This document shows positions 36,948-46,580 of a stretch of DNA of 64,000 bases, one piece after another; the first letter of the stretch is position 1; each line of letters starts with the position of its first letter. Below the pieces are notes generated by a model. That model did no database searches, was not told where the DNA came from, and saw only the letters and a list, made by a program, of their open reading frames with translations. A program made the translations under genes and the position numbers. Source of the stretch: Actinomycetota bacterium (lineage in GTDB: Bacteria > Actinomycetota > Acidimicrobiia > Acidimicrobiales > RAAP-2); NCBI GenBank assembly GCA_026393435.1, contig JAPLAD010000071.1:28857-92856 (forward strand), read 5' to 3'.

Positions 36948-37592
36948 ATGCCTCAGTTGTATTGTTCGCCAATGGACCAATTCCGGATTGACAACAGGGC
37001 ACTCGACAGCGCGGGCATTAACGAGGTCGCCGTCGTAGCGTCACGCGCTTTTTATAGCGGCCCCTTTTTCACCTTTTTGTCGAGTCGATCAATCACTCGA
37101 TCACGCGGCCTGACGCTCTTTTTCCGTGGCAATCTTCGCCATTGGAAGACGGGACGGATTGTCACCGTTCGCGATCAAGACGATCGCATCGTGGGGGCAG
37201 CAGCCTGGCTGCCCACTGGCATGTACCCCCAGCCGATCCTCACGCAGTTGGCCCAGATTCCTGGAACTATTCGGGCTCTGTACCGCCGACCACGGTCGCT
37301 CCTAAACGGCAATACCTTCATCAACGCGATCGCCAAGAACCATCCCAAAGAACTTCACTGGTATCTCTTCTTGTTGGTCGCTGACCCTGAAGTACAGCGA
37401 CGAGGCATCGGCAAGATGTTGCTCGACGAAGCACTCACGCAGATTGACGCCGAAGGGGTGCCCACCTTTTTAGAGACACAAAAAGTTGACAACATCGCTT
37501 ACTACCGACGCTTTGGATTTGAACTTCAAAACACCCTGACGCCAGTCAAGGATGGTCCGTCGCTTTATGCCTTGTATCGACCGGCTCGCTAG
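36948..37592 (+). CDS. GNAT-family N-acetyltransferase
   Basis: [10 protein letters not shown] acetyl-CoA-binding motif. Start is either 36948 or 36972. Confidence 0.7.
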   Translation: MPQLYCSPMDQFRIDNRALDSAGINEVAVVASRAFYSGPFFTFLSSRSITRSRGLTLFFRGNLRHWKTGRIVTVRDQDDRIVGAAAWLPTGMYPQPILTQLAQIPGTIRALYRRPRSLLNGNTFINAIAKNHPKELHWYLFLLVADPEVQRRGIGKMLLDEALTQIDAEGVPTFLETQKVDNIAYYRRFGFELQNTLTPVKDGPSLYALYRPAR

Positions 37593-38989
37593 CCGATCGA
37601 TCCTTCCATCTGGAGTTCGATCAAGCGACTCCACTCCACGGCGTACTCCATGGGGAGTGTCCGCGTAACGGGCTCAATGAAGCCGTTCACGATCATGCCC
37701 ATGGCCTGTCCTTCGGAGAGCCCACGGCTCATGAGATAGAAGAGCTGGTCGTCACCGATCTTGGAAACCGTGGCTTCGTGACCGATTGAGGCGTCCTGCT
37801 CACCGACTTCCATGTAGGGCTTCGTTTCGGAAACAGAGTGCTCGTCGAGGATCAAGGCGTCGCAACGGACGAAGGACTTGGAGCCAGTGGCCCCTTCTTC
37901 GACCTTGACGAGACCGCGATAGGTCGTGGTGCCGCCATCCTTGGAGATGGACTTGCTAACAATCGTGGAAGTGGTCTCGGGGGCGCAGTGGACCATCTTG
38001 GCCCCAGCGTCCTGCATCTGGCCCGCTCCCGCATAGGCCACGGAGAGCACTTCACCAGAAGCCTTTGGTCCCATGAGGTACACCGAGGGGTACTTCATGG
38101 TGAGTCGAGATCCAATGTTTCCGTCAATCCATTCGACTCGGGCTTCTGCTTCCGCACGGGCCCGCTTCGTTACGAGGTTGTAGACGTTGTTCGACCAGTT
38201 CTGAATCGTCGTATAGGTAATTCGCGAACCTTCGAGTGCGACGAGCTCTACAACGGCAGAGTGGAGCGAGTCGGTTGAATAGACGGGGGCCGAACAACCT
38301 TCGACGTAGTGAACCTGGCTACCAACGTCAGCGATAATCAGCGTCCGCTCGAACTGTCCCATGTTTTCGGTGTTGATGCGAAAGTAGGCCTGCAGGGGCT
38401 GGTCGACGTTCACACCTGGTGGGACGTAGATGAAAGATCCGCCGGACCAGACGGCTGAGTTCAGCGCGGCGAACTTGTTGTCGTTCGGCGGGATGACCGT
38501 GCCGAAATACTTCATCACCAATTCGGGGTATTCACGAACGGCGGTGTCCATGTCGGTGAAGATGACGCCGAGCGACTCGAGGTCGGCTCGGTTGCGGTGA
38601 AAGACCACTTCGGATTCGTACTGGGCCGTAACGCCGGCGAGGTACTTGCGCTCCGCTTCGGGGATACCGAGCTTCTCGTAGGTCTGCTTAATGGCGTCGG
38701 GAAGGTCTTCCCAGTCGTTGACCTGATTCTCAGTCGGCTTGATGTAGTAGTAGATGTCGTTGAAGTCGAGGTCGGGCATCCGGTCGGCGAACCAGGGCAA
38801 CATGGGCTTCTTCTCGAAACGCTTCAGCGCGTTGAGGCGGAACTTCTGCATCCATTCGGCTTCGTTCTTGATGCCGGACATCTCGCGGACGATGGCTTCG
38901 TTAATACCCTTCTTGGGCTTAAAGACGACGTCGTGTTCGTCGCTCCAGCCAAGCTTGTATTTACTGAAATCTAGGTTTTCGACGGTCAC
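37589..38989 (-). CDS. sufB: Fe-S cluster assembly protein SufB
   Basis: Highly conserved SufB sequence throughout (e.g. [23 protein letters not shown]). GTG start with AAAGGGG RBS. Confidence 0.95.
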   Translation of the reverse strand: MTVENLDFSKYKLGWSDEHDVVFKPKKGINEAIVREMSGIKNEAEWMQKFRLNALKRFEKKPMLPWFADRMPDLDFNDIYYYIKPTENQVNDWEDLPDAIKQTYEKLGIPEAERKYLAGVTAQYESEVVFHRNRADLESLGVIFTDMDTAVREYPELVMKYFGTVIPPNDNKFAALNSAVWSGGSFIYVPPGVNVDQPLQAYFRINTENMGQFERTLIIADVGSQVHYVEGCSAPVYSTDSLHSAVVELVALEGSRITYTTIQNWSNNVYNLVTKRARAEAEARVEWIDGNIGSRLTMKYPSVYLMGPKASGEVLSVAYAGAGQMQDAGAKMVHCAPETTSTIVSKSISKDGGTTTYRGLVKVEEGATGSKSFVRCDALILDEHSVSETKPYMEVGEQDASIGHEATVSKIGDDQLFYLMSRGLSEGQAMGMIVNGFIEPVTRTLPMEYAVEWSRLIELQMEGSIG

Positions 38990-39005
38990 AATGCCCCTTT
39001 ATGGA

Positions 39006-39031
39006 GTTACCACTACCTAGATAGTACTAAC
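39006..39031. promoter_or_regulatory. imperfect 26-bp palindrome GTTACCACTACCTAGATAGTACTAAC upstream of sufB
   Basis: 10 of 13 symmetric pairs match. It lies 17-42 nt upstream of the sufB GTG. The minus strand reads TTAGTACTATCTAGG, with a TACTAT -10-like box. Confidence 0.3.
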
Positions 39032-39070
39032 CCCACCGCTCAGCCATGCACTTTTAGGTGGCAGAGTGGC

Positions 39071-41218
39071 ATGGTGACTCCAGCCCCACGTGCCCCTAAG
39101 CGTCCATTCGAAATAAAGAGGCACGGCGATACTCGTATCGACCCCTACTACTGGATTATGAATCGCGAGAGTGAAGAGGTCACCGAACTACTCACCGCTG
39201 AGAATGCATTCGTCGCGGAATCACTCGCCCACCTCAAGCCCCTCGAGGCCACCATCTTCGACGAAATCAAGGCCCGAGTCGTTGAAACCGATACTTCGGG
39301 CCCCGTCCGTCGTGACGGCTGGTGGTATTTCGATCGCACCAAGGAAGGACTCGAGTACTCGATTAGCTGCCGGGTCCCCACGGGTGACGATCTCGTCACT
39401 CCCCCCACGATCGACGCTGACTCCACGCTCGCTGGCGAGCAGATCATCCTGGACGAAAACGTCGAAGCTCAAGGTCACGACTTCCTCTCAGTCGGCATCT
39501 TGAGCGTCAGCCCTGACGACTCGTGGGTCGCCGTCGGCACCGACACCAACGGCAGCGAGCGTCATCGCGTGACCATTCGCCCGCTTGCCGGACAGGCAGC
39601 CTGCGGCGAAGTACTCACCGACGTGTACTACGGCTTCACGTGGGCGAGCGACAGCCACCACATCTTCTATACCAAGGTCGATGAGGCCATGCGTCCGTGG
39701 CAGCTCTGGCGACATGAAATTGGAACTGAACAGTCGAGCGATGCGCTCGTGCTCCAAGAAGATGACCCTCAGTACTTCGTTGGTGTCAGTCGGTCACGTG
39801 ACCGCCAAGTCATCATCGTCACGCTCTCATCCTCCATGACCTCCGAAGCCCGGTGGATTCCAGCCAACAACCCCACTGCATCACTGGCGCTCCTCGACGA
39901 GCGCCAGCACGGCATCGAATACGGCGTCGAGCACTACCAGTCGCCGTCGGGGGCGAATTTTTGGCTCAAGGTGACCAATGAGCAGGCCACCGACTTTCGC
40001 TTGATGGTCCGCGAAGAGTCTGAAAGTTCATGGCGCGAACTAATTGGTGAGCGAAGCGGTAACCGTCTGGACGGTGTTGAGGCCTACGCGAAGTACCTCG
40101 TCCTAAGCGAGAGGGTCGATGGGTGCGCTGCCGTGCGAGTCCTGCCGATACTCACCTCGGGTGACCCCTTTGGTGACGGCCTGCTCGAACGTAGCTATCT
40201 CCTCACTTCTGGTGTCTCGCCTCACACGATTGTGGCGGCAGACACACCGACCTACGACACCGAATACCTGCGCATTGTGGAGACTTCGCTCATCACGCCT
40301 CGACGAGTTGCCGATGTAAATCTCGCCACGGGCGAAATGATTACCCGCAAGCAGCAGGAGGTTCGAGGCGGATTTCAGGCCGAGAATTACGTCACGGGTC
40401 GTATTTGGGTTCCGGCTTCCGACGGACAGCTCATTCCAGTTTCCGTTGTCGCGCGCCGTGACCTCGTCACCGTTGGTGCCGACGGCCACCTCGCACCGAC
40501 CGGCGAAGCACCGATGCTCCTTGAGGGCTACGGGAGCTACGAGATTTCCTACGACCCGGCCTTCTCGGCCTTCCGTGTCTCCATGTTGGACCGCGGCGTG
40601 ATCTACGCCATCGCTCACATTCGTGGCGGTGGTGAGATGGGTCGTGCGTGGTACGAGATGGGCAAGCTGGCTCAGAAGCCGACTACATTCAGTGATTTCG
40701 TAGCCTGCGCCCGTTGGTTCGTCGAACACAAGTGGACGTCGAGTGATCGATTTGCCGCGCGTGGTGGATCGGCCGGCGGCCTCTTGATGGGTGCGGTCAT
40801 GAACCTTGACCCCACGCTGTTTACGGCCGTCGTGGCCGAAGTGCCTTTTGTCGACGCCCTCACCACAATGTTGGATGCTTCACTCCCGCTCACGACGAAC
40901 GAATGGGAGGAGTGGGGCAATCCAGATGCCGACCCACTCGCCTATCGAACAATGAAGGGCTACTCGCCCTACGACAACCTTCGCTCTGAGCGCTACCCCA
41001 CGCTGTTTGCCACGGGTGGATTAAACGACTCCCGAGTTGGTTTCTGGGAGCCCGCCAAGTGGGTGCAGGCACTTCGTGATGCCAACGAAAACAATGTGGC
41101 CTATCTCAAGATGGAGATGGGTGCCGGACACGGCGGACCATCCGGACGTTACGACGCCTGGCGTGACGAAGCGGCTGTCTACGCCTTCATTCTGAACGCC
41201 CTCGGCGTAGGCGCTTAA
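39071..41218 (+). CDS. ptrB: S9-family oligopeptidase B / prolyl oligopeptidase
   Basis: N-terminal beta-propeller and a C-terminal catalytic domain with GGSAGGLLMG. Confidence 0.9.
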   Translation: MVTPAPRAPKRPFEIKRHGDTRIDPYYWIMNRESEEVTELLTAENAFVAESLAHLKPLEATIFDEIKARVVETDTSGPVRRDGWWYFDRTKEGLEYSISCRVPTGDDLVTPPTIDADSTLAGEQIILDENVEAQGHDFLSVGILSVSPDDSWVAVGTDTNGSERHRVTIRPLAGQAACGEVLTDVYYGFTWASDSHHIFYTKVDEAMRPWQLWRHEIGTEQSSDALVLQEDDPQYFVGVSRSRDRQVIIVTLSSSMTSEARWIPANNPTASLALLDERQHGIEYGVEHYQSPSGANFWLKVTNEQATDFRLMVREESESSWRELIGERSGNRLDGVEAYAKYLVLSERVDGCAAVRVLPILTSGDPFGDGLLERSYLLTSGVSPHTIVAADTPTYDTEYLRIVETSLITPRRVADVNLATGEMITRKQQEVRGGFQAENYVTGRIWVPASDGQLIPVSVVARRDLVTVGADGHLAPTGEAPMLLEGYGSYEISYDPAFSAFRVSMLDRGVIYAIAHIRGGGEMGRAWYEMGKLAQKPTTFSDFVACARWFVEHKWTSSDRFAARGGSAGGLLMGAVMNLDPTLFTAVVAEVPFVDALTTMLDASLPLTTNEWEEWGNPDADPLAYRTMKGYSPYDNLRSERYPTLFATGGLNDSRVGFWEPAKWVQALRDANENNVAYLKMEMGAGHGGPSGRYDAWRDEAAVYAFILNALGVGA

Positions 41219-41613
41219 CGCTGCGCTAGCAGGGTGCCCGCTACGAGCAGCACCGTAATCACCACGAGCGCGAAACTGAGAATCTTCGCCGAACCTCGGG
41301 GCCATCGACTTCGTTGTCCCGACCGTTCAATCGCCCACTTCTCACGGGGTGAACGGAGGGTCGGGAAACTCGGAGGAAGATCGGAGTTGTCCCCAAAGAC
41401 GTAGTTTTTCGACTTGTCGATACTGGGTCGGTGCAATTCCATTGACGACAACTGAGGCATGTCGGTACCGACAACTCGGATCGTTGGTCGAACTTCCAGC
41501 GATGGTGTCGAGGGCGGAGTAATGAATCGCTGCGCGTCGCGCCGCAGTTTATTGACACGGAGCGCAACCAACGTGAGAGCAATCAGGCCGATAATGATGC
41601 CCGCAACAATCAT
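41215..41613 (-). CDS. hypothetical membrane protein (TM helix at each end)
   Basis: Hydrophobic N- and C-terminal segments. No recognised family. Confidence 0.5.
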   Translation of the reverse strand: MIVAGIIIGLIALTLVALRVNKLRRDAQRFITPPSTPSLEVRPTIRVVGTDMPQLSSMELHRPSIDKSKNYVFGDNSDLPPSFPTLRSPREKWAIERSGQRSRWPRGSAKILSFALVVITVLLVAGTLLAQR

Positions 41614-41649
41614 GCAATGACCCTTTGGTCATTGAAAATTTGTGATTGC

Positions 41650-42126
41650 CTACACCGCAAAGGTCCCGAATCCTCCTCGGAAGTACAGGAGCGGAGCTCC
41701 CGCGCGTGCCTCTAGTCCGGTCACCGCAGCGACGACGATGTCGTGATCACCGTGTTCACTCGAATGCTCTATGGACGCCTCAACTATTGCAATAGATCCA
41801 GCGACCTGCGGTGCGCCATTCGTTCCTGGCGACCACGCCACCGCGGCAAACTTATCAATGCCTGATGTCGCAAAGGTACGAGCGACCGACTCTTGATCTT
41901 CGCCAAGTACTGATATCGCGAGCGAACCAGCACCCTGCATGCGAGGCCATGAACTTCCTTTGCGCTGTGCGGCAAACGTCACCAAGAGAGGTTCGAGCGA
42001 GAGTCCCGCGAAGGACTGGCAGGTAAAGCCGACAGGGCCTTCGGGTGTCATAGCGGCGATAACAACGACGCCGGTGGCGAAGTGGCCGAGCACTTCGCGG
42101 TACTTCGGGATTGAAAGTTCGGTCAC
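41650..42126 (-). CDS. flavin reductase-like domain protein
   Basis: Flavin_Reduct-type sequence (REVLGHFATGVVVI...); 158 aa. GTG start. Confidence 0.75.
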   Translation of the reverse strand: MTELSIPKYREVLGHFATGVVVIAAMTPEGPVGFTCQSFAGLSLEPLLVTFAAQRKGSSWPRMQGAGSLAISVLGEDQESVARTFATSGIDKFAAVAWSPGTNGAPQVAGSIAIVEASIEHSSEHGDHDIVVAAVTGLEARAGAPLLYFRGGFGTFAV

Positions 42127-42165
42127 AGTCGCGAGGCTACAGGCATCATTGAGTACCGTGGCGGT

Positions 42166-43035
42166 ATGAGTACTTCTTCAATAGACCTCGGTGACGTCAC
42201 GATCTCCTACACATCGGCTGGCGAGCCGACCGGCCCACTCGCCGTCCTGCTCCACGGCTTTCCCGATACCAACTACACCTTTCGCTACCTCATGCCGTAT
42301 CTTGCCGGCCTGGGCTACCACGTCGTGGCACCGGCCATGCGCGGGTACGCCCCGAGTTCCATTTCGGCATCAGGTGATTATCACACGACGGCAGTGGCCC
42401 ACGACGTCAACCAACTGCATGAAGCACTCGGGGGTGGCAGTGACGCCGTCCTAATCGGACACGACTGGGGCGCCGTTGCGGCCTACGCCGCGCTGGCCTC
42501 AGCGCCGCAGCGCTGGCGCAAGGGGGTCACTATGTCCGTACCCCCTACCCCACTAATGGCGCAGGCCTTTATGACCTATGACCAACTTCGCCTCAGTTGG
42601 TACATGTTCTTCTTCCAGTCACCACTCGCTGACATTGTGGTCTCTCTCAATGAGCTTTCGTTTATTGACCAACTCTGGAATGACTGGTCACCCGGGTACG
42701 CCCACGAAGAAGATTTTGCGTCGGTACGCACCGCACTTGGCACACCTGAGAATCTCGGCGCCGCACTGGGCTACTACCGCGCCATGTTTACGCCGCCCCA
42801 GCCCAAGGAGGAGTTGCAGTACATGCGCGACTCCTTTAACAAAGTTCCAGACATGCCGGTTCTCTATCTCCACGGAGAGAACGATGGTTGCATCGCCCCG
42901 TCGGTTACTGACGGCACGTTGCAGTTCCTCGCGACTGGCTCAGAAATGGAGATTCTCCCCGGGCTTGGTCACTTCCTGCACCTCGAAGATCCCGATACGG
43001 TGCATCACTTAATCGGTGAATTTCTCGGTCGTTAA
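42166..43035 (+). CDS. alpha/beta hydrolase (epoxide hydrolase-like)
   Basis: LLHGFPD and LIGHDWGA motifs. Confidence 0.8.
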   Translation: MSTSSIDLGDVTISYTSAGEPTGPLAVLLHGFPDTNYTFRYLMPYLAGLGYHVVAPAMRGYAPSSISASGDYHTTAVAHDVNQLHEALGGGSDAVLIGHDWGAVAAYAALASAPQRWRKGVTMSVPPTPLMAQAFMTYDQLRLSWYMFFFQSPLADIVVSLNELSFIDQLWNDWSPGYAHEEDFASVRTALGTPENLGAALGYYRAMFTPPQPKEELQYMRDSFNKVPDMPVLYLHGENDGCIAPSVTDGTLQFLATGSEMEILPGLGHFLHLEDPDTVHHLIGEFLGR

Positions 43036-43907
43036 TCCCCCGGCAGGCAGTACGAATACTTCCTGCGCTCCACGAGGCCATCACTCACGAGGCCATCCAA
43101 TACTTCTGACAACCGGACGGAATCGATGCCGGCTTGTCGTTCGAGCACTACTCGACTCATCGGGGTCGACCCCAGGCAGCGTAACACCAAGCCCCGCTGT
43201 TGGCGGAGCGATCCGGCAAAGCGTGTTTGCGGCGTGGAGACGCCACCCGAGCGAACAGCGGGATCTGGGCCGCCCGCACGACGCCACGCACAGGCTGAGG
43301 CCACGGGACAGGTCTCACACAGTGGCGTAGCCCGACAGAACTGCGCGCCGAGATCAAGCATCAACTGATTCCACTGGGCCGAATCAGTAGTTCCGAGCAG
43401 CTCGGTGGCCACTTCTTGGGCCCGCTTCGCAGTGAGCGTCTCATTGGCAATGGCACGAGCGACGACGCGTCCGACATTGGTATCGAGCACCGCTACTGGT
43501 TCACGGAAGGCAAAGCTGGCCACCGCGTGGGCGGTGTATGCGCCAACCCCGGGCAAGGAGCGTAGATCCGCCGGTGTTGATGGAACGACGCCTTCAAAGT
43601 CATTCACGATGACCTGGGCGGCCAATTGAAGGTTTCGTGCTCGTCGCGCAAAACCCATCCCCTGCCACGCCCGCAGAATGTCAGCCAGCGGCGCGGCGGC
43701 GCAGACCTGTGGCGTAGGGAACAGATCGAGGAAGGTCAGCCACGCAGGAATCACCCGAGCAACTTGCGTCTGCTGCAGCATGACCTCACTGACCAGAATC
43801 GCCCAGGGGTCACTCACGCTCGACCACGGCAACGCCCGATGGAGTTGTGGCGCGGCTGCTAAGAGTGTTTTTTGGAACGCGCGAATGGCGTTAGGCCCAG
43901 ACATCAC
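43032..43907 (-). CDS. mutY: A/G-specific adenine DNA glycosylase
   Basis: HhH-GPD region and the 4Fe-4S loop CRATPLCETCPVASAC. Confidence 0.8.
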   Translation of the reverse strand: MMSGPNAIRAFQKTLLAAAPQLHRALPWSSVSDPWAILVSEVMLQQTQVARVIPAWLTFLDLFPTPQVCAAAPLADILRAWQGMGFARRARNLQLAAQVIVNDFEGVVPSTPADLRSLPGVGAYTAHAVASFAFREPVAVLDTNVGRVVARAIANETLTAKRAQEVATELLGTTDSAQWNQLMLDLGAQFCRATPLCETCPVASACAWRRAGGPDPAVRSGGVSTPQTRFAGSLRQQRGLVLRCLGSTPMSRVVLERQAGIDSVRLSEVLDGLVSDGLVERRKYSYCLPGD

Positions 43908-44403
43908 CGGAGTAGGGGCGCTGGCGGACCGGAGCGAACTCCTTCTTCCAGACCATTACCTTGCGTCGGAAGTAGCAGACCTCAAGGCCGTCCTGGTTGA
44001 AACCCTTGGTCTCAACCTTCACGATGCCGCGGTCGTTCTTGGAACTTGACTCGGTCTTGTCCAAAACGCGTGTCTCGGCGTAGATGGTGTCTCCGTGGAA
44101 CGTGGGGTTCTTGTGGAGCAACGACTCAATTTCGAGGTTGGCAATGGCGGCGCCGGAAATATCGGGGACCGACATTCCGAGAACGAGCGAGTAGACCAAG
44201 TTGCCGACAACGACGTTGCGCTTCTGAACACTCTCGTGCTCGGCGAAGTAGACATTGGTGTGCAGCGGGTGGTGGTTCATGGTCATCATGCAGAACAGGT
44301 GATCATCGAACTCGGTGATGGTTTTGCCGGGCCAGTGCTTAAACGTGTCACCGGGCTCAAAATCTTCGAAGTAGCGGCCAAAGGGGCGGTCGTGGGTGGT
44401 CAT
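43891..44403 (-). CDS. MaoC-like (R)-specific enoyl-CoA hydratase/dehydratase
   Basis: Hot-dog fold MaoC sequence (FEDFEPGD...HPLHTN). Start moved to ATG 44403. Confidence 0.8.
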   Translation of the reverse strand: MTTHDRPFGRYFEDFEPGDTFKHWPGKTITEFDDHLFCMMTMNHHPLHTNVYFAEHESVQKRNVVVGNLVYSLVLGMSVPDISGAAIANLEIESLLHKNPTFHGDTIYAETRVLDKTESSSKNDRGIVKVETKGFNQDGLEVCYFRRKVMVWKKEFAPVRQRPYSGDVWA

Positions 44404-44422
44404 ATCAGATACCTTTCTTTTT

Positions 44423-44857
44423 TTACATCGAATCGGGAATAGCGCTACGGGTTGAAAAACCAAGGGCGCCACCACTGGGGGTGTCGCCATCAATCACCAA
44501 ACGCCAGGTGTATCGGGCGCCGGGCATCAAAGGTAGTGGTCCAAAATTAATGGCAATCGGGAGGTCAACGGGAGCGCCTTCGGGAACCCCCACGGGCTCC
44601 CCGGCCTCAAATTCACCACGGACCTCTACGGTTTGCGATCCTTCAGGCGTGTCCAGAACGACGGGTTGTCCATCGGCATCCTCGAGAAATAACTCCCAAT
44701 AGTGGCTTTTCCCGGTCTCGTGGCGGTCAATCTCCAGTTTGATAACGACGGCCGAGGGGGTGGGATCAGGACCAGTAACGGACCAGCCGCCGCCCAGGAT
44801 GTAGAGCTTTCCGTCGGCCACATGGGCCGCATCGGCCAGCATCATTGTTACGCGCAT
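44423..44857 (-). CDS. hypothetical protein
   Basis: 144 aa, codon usage looks coding, no family recognised. Start moved to ATG 44857. Confidence 0.5.
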   Translation of the reverse strand: MRVTMMLADAAHVADGKLYILGGGWSVTGPDPTPSAVVIKLEIDRHETGKSHYWELFLEDADGQPVVLDTPEGSQTVEVRGEFEAGEPVGVPEGAPVDLPIAINFGPLPLMPGARYTWRLVIDGDTPSGGALGFSTRSAIPDSM

Positions 44858-44912
44858 ACCCCAGAGCCTAGGACTGTCCGATGAGGGCGGCTTCACCGGT
44901 AAATTCGAGTCC

Positions 44913-46523
44913 ATGACTGCTCCCGCCCTTGACCTCTCCAACGCTGCCGAACTCATCGCGGCCGCCCAACGCCTGCTCGATGGAGCGGTGGATCAACTCG
45001 CCGCGCGCGGTGGGATTGATGAGAACCAGACGTTGGCCTACGACATTGCGCACGCGTCGAGTGCCATTGCCACCGCTCGGTTCAACCTCGACTACGCCGC
45101 CAAGGGTTCCACGGAATCCAATCTCACGGCCGCCTTCTTGGCCGGAGCCATCACCGACCTGGCCGGTCGCGTCATCGGCCGTGAATCAACGTGGGGCTTC
45201 GCCGCCGACTGGTACGCCCCGTTTGCTGCATTCGTCGAGACTTACCGTGACCCCAAGTTCTTGGGCAGCCTCGCCGACAAGCCGGGTGCTCGTCACCTCG
45301 ACGAAGCATTCCAGATGGTGGGAGACACCTTCCACCGTTTCGCCGAACAAGAAGTACGCCCCCACGCCGAGCACATTCACCGCACCAACGGCGACATCCC
45401 TGAGTCAATCATCAGCGGGCTCGCCGAAGTCGGTGGCTTTGGCCTTTCAGTACCAGAGGAGTACGGCGGCTTCGCTGACGGCTCTGAGAGCGACTACCTC
45501 GGCATGGTCGTTGCAACCGAAGAGCTCACCTGGGGTGGACTCGGCATCGGTGGATCACTCATCACCCGTCCCGAAATCCTGACCCGCGCTCTTGTCAGTG
45601 GTGGCACCGAAGAGCAGAAGGAAAAGTGGTTGCCCAAGCTCGCCACTGCCGAAGTGCTTGCGGCCGTGGCCGTTACCGAGCCCGACTACGGCAGTGACGT
45701 CGCTGGAATCACGACCATGGCCACCAAGACCGAAGGCGGCTGGTTGGTCAACGGAACTAAGACGTGGTGCACCTTTGGCGCCCGCGCCAATGTCCTCATG
45801 CTCCTCGCCCGCACCGACCCGGACCGCAGCAAGACCCACCGTGGTCTTTCGCTCTTCCTAGTGGAAAAGCCCATCGCCGATGGTCACGGCTTCCTCTTCA
45901 CCCAGGACGCCTCTTCAGAAGGTCGTCATGACTCCAATGGCCGTCTCGAAGGTCGCCCCATTGACACGCTGGGCTACCGCGGCATGCACTCCTACGAAAT
46001 CAACTTCGACAACTGGTTCGTGCCAGACGCCAACCTCGTTGGTGGCGAAGCCGGTCTCGGTAAGGGCTTCTACTTCCAGATGGCCGGCTTTGAGAACGGT
46101 CGGATCCAGACTGCCGCTCGCGCCGTTGGTCTCATGCAGGCCGCCTACGAAGCGGCCTACGAGTACGCCCAGAACCGCGTCGTCTTCGGTGAGCCCATTG
46201 CGAACTACGAACTCACCAAGGTGAAGCTCGGCACGATGGCCGCCATTATTCAGTCGACTCGCCAGTATTCACTGGCTGTGGCACGTTTGATGGCCAAGGG
46301 TGAAGGCACCCTGGAAGCTTCGATGGCCAAGGCTTACGTATGCCGTGCTGCCGAGTGGGTTACCCGCGAAGCACTGCAGATCCACGGTGGTATGGGCTAC
46401 GCCGAGGAGTATGCCGTGAGCCGTTATTACGTGGACGCTCGTGTGCTGTCGATCTTTGAAGGCGCTGACGAGACGCTCTGCCTCAAGGTGATTGCTCGTC
46501 GACTACTGGACCAGCGAGGCTAA
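44913..46523 (+). CDS. acyl-CoA dehydrogenase with N-terminal extension
   Basis: ACAD middle and C-terminal domains (IHGGMGYAEEY). A roughly 150-aa N-terminal helical extension precedes them. Confidence 0.85.
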   Translation: MTAPALDLSNAAELIAAAQRLLDGAVDQLAARGGIDENQTLAYDIAHASSAIATARFNLDYAAKGSTESNLTAAFLAGAITDLAGRVIGRESTWGFAADWYAPFAAFVETYRDPKFLGSLADKPGARHLDEAFQMVGDTFHRFAEQEVRPHAEHIHRTNGDIPESIISGLAEVGGFGLSVPEEYGGFADGSESDYLGMVVATEELTWGGLGIGGSLITRPEILTRALVSGGTEEQKEKWLPKLATAEVLAAVAVTEPDYGSDVAGITTMATKTEGGWLVNGTKTWCTFGARANVLMLLARTDPDRSKTHRGLSLFLVEKPIADGHGFLFTQDASSEGRHDSNGRLEGRPIDTLGYRGMHSYEINFDNWFVPDANLVGGEAGLGKGFYFQMAGFENGRIQTAARAVGLMQAAYEAAYEYAQNRVVFGEPIANYELTKVKLGTMAAIIQSTRQYSLAVARLMAKGEGTLEASMAKAYVCRAAEWVTREALQIHGGMGYAEEYAVSRYYVDARVLSIFEGADETLCLKVIARRLLDQRG

Positions 46524-46535
46524 CGAGCCTCTAAA

Positions 46536-46568
46536 CAAAAAAGGCCAGACTCGCGTCTGGCCTTTTTT
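46536..46568. terminator. bidirectional rho-independent terminator
   Basis: CAAAAAA-GGCCAGAC-TCGC-GTCTGGCC-TTTTTT sits between the convergent ACAD (+) and NiCoT (-) genes. Confidence 0.75.
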
Positions 46569-46580
46569 GCTGTTTACTAA

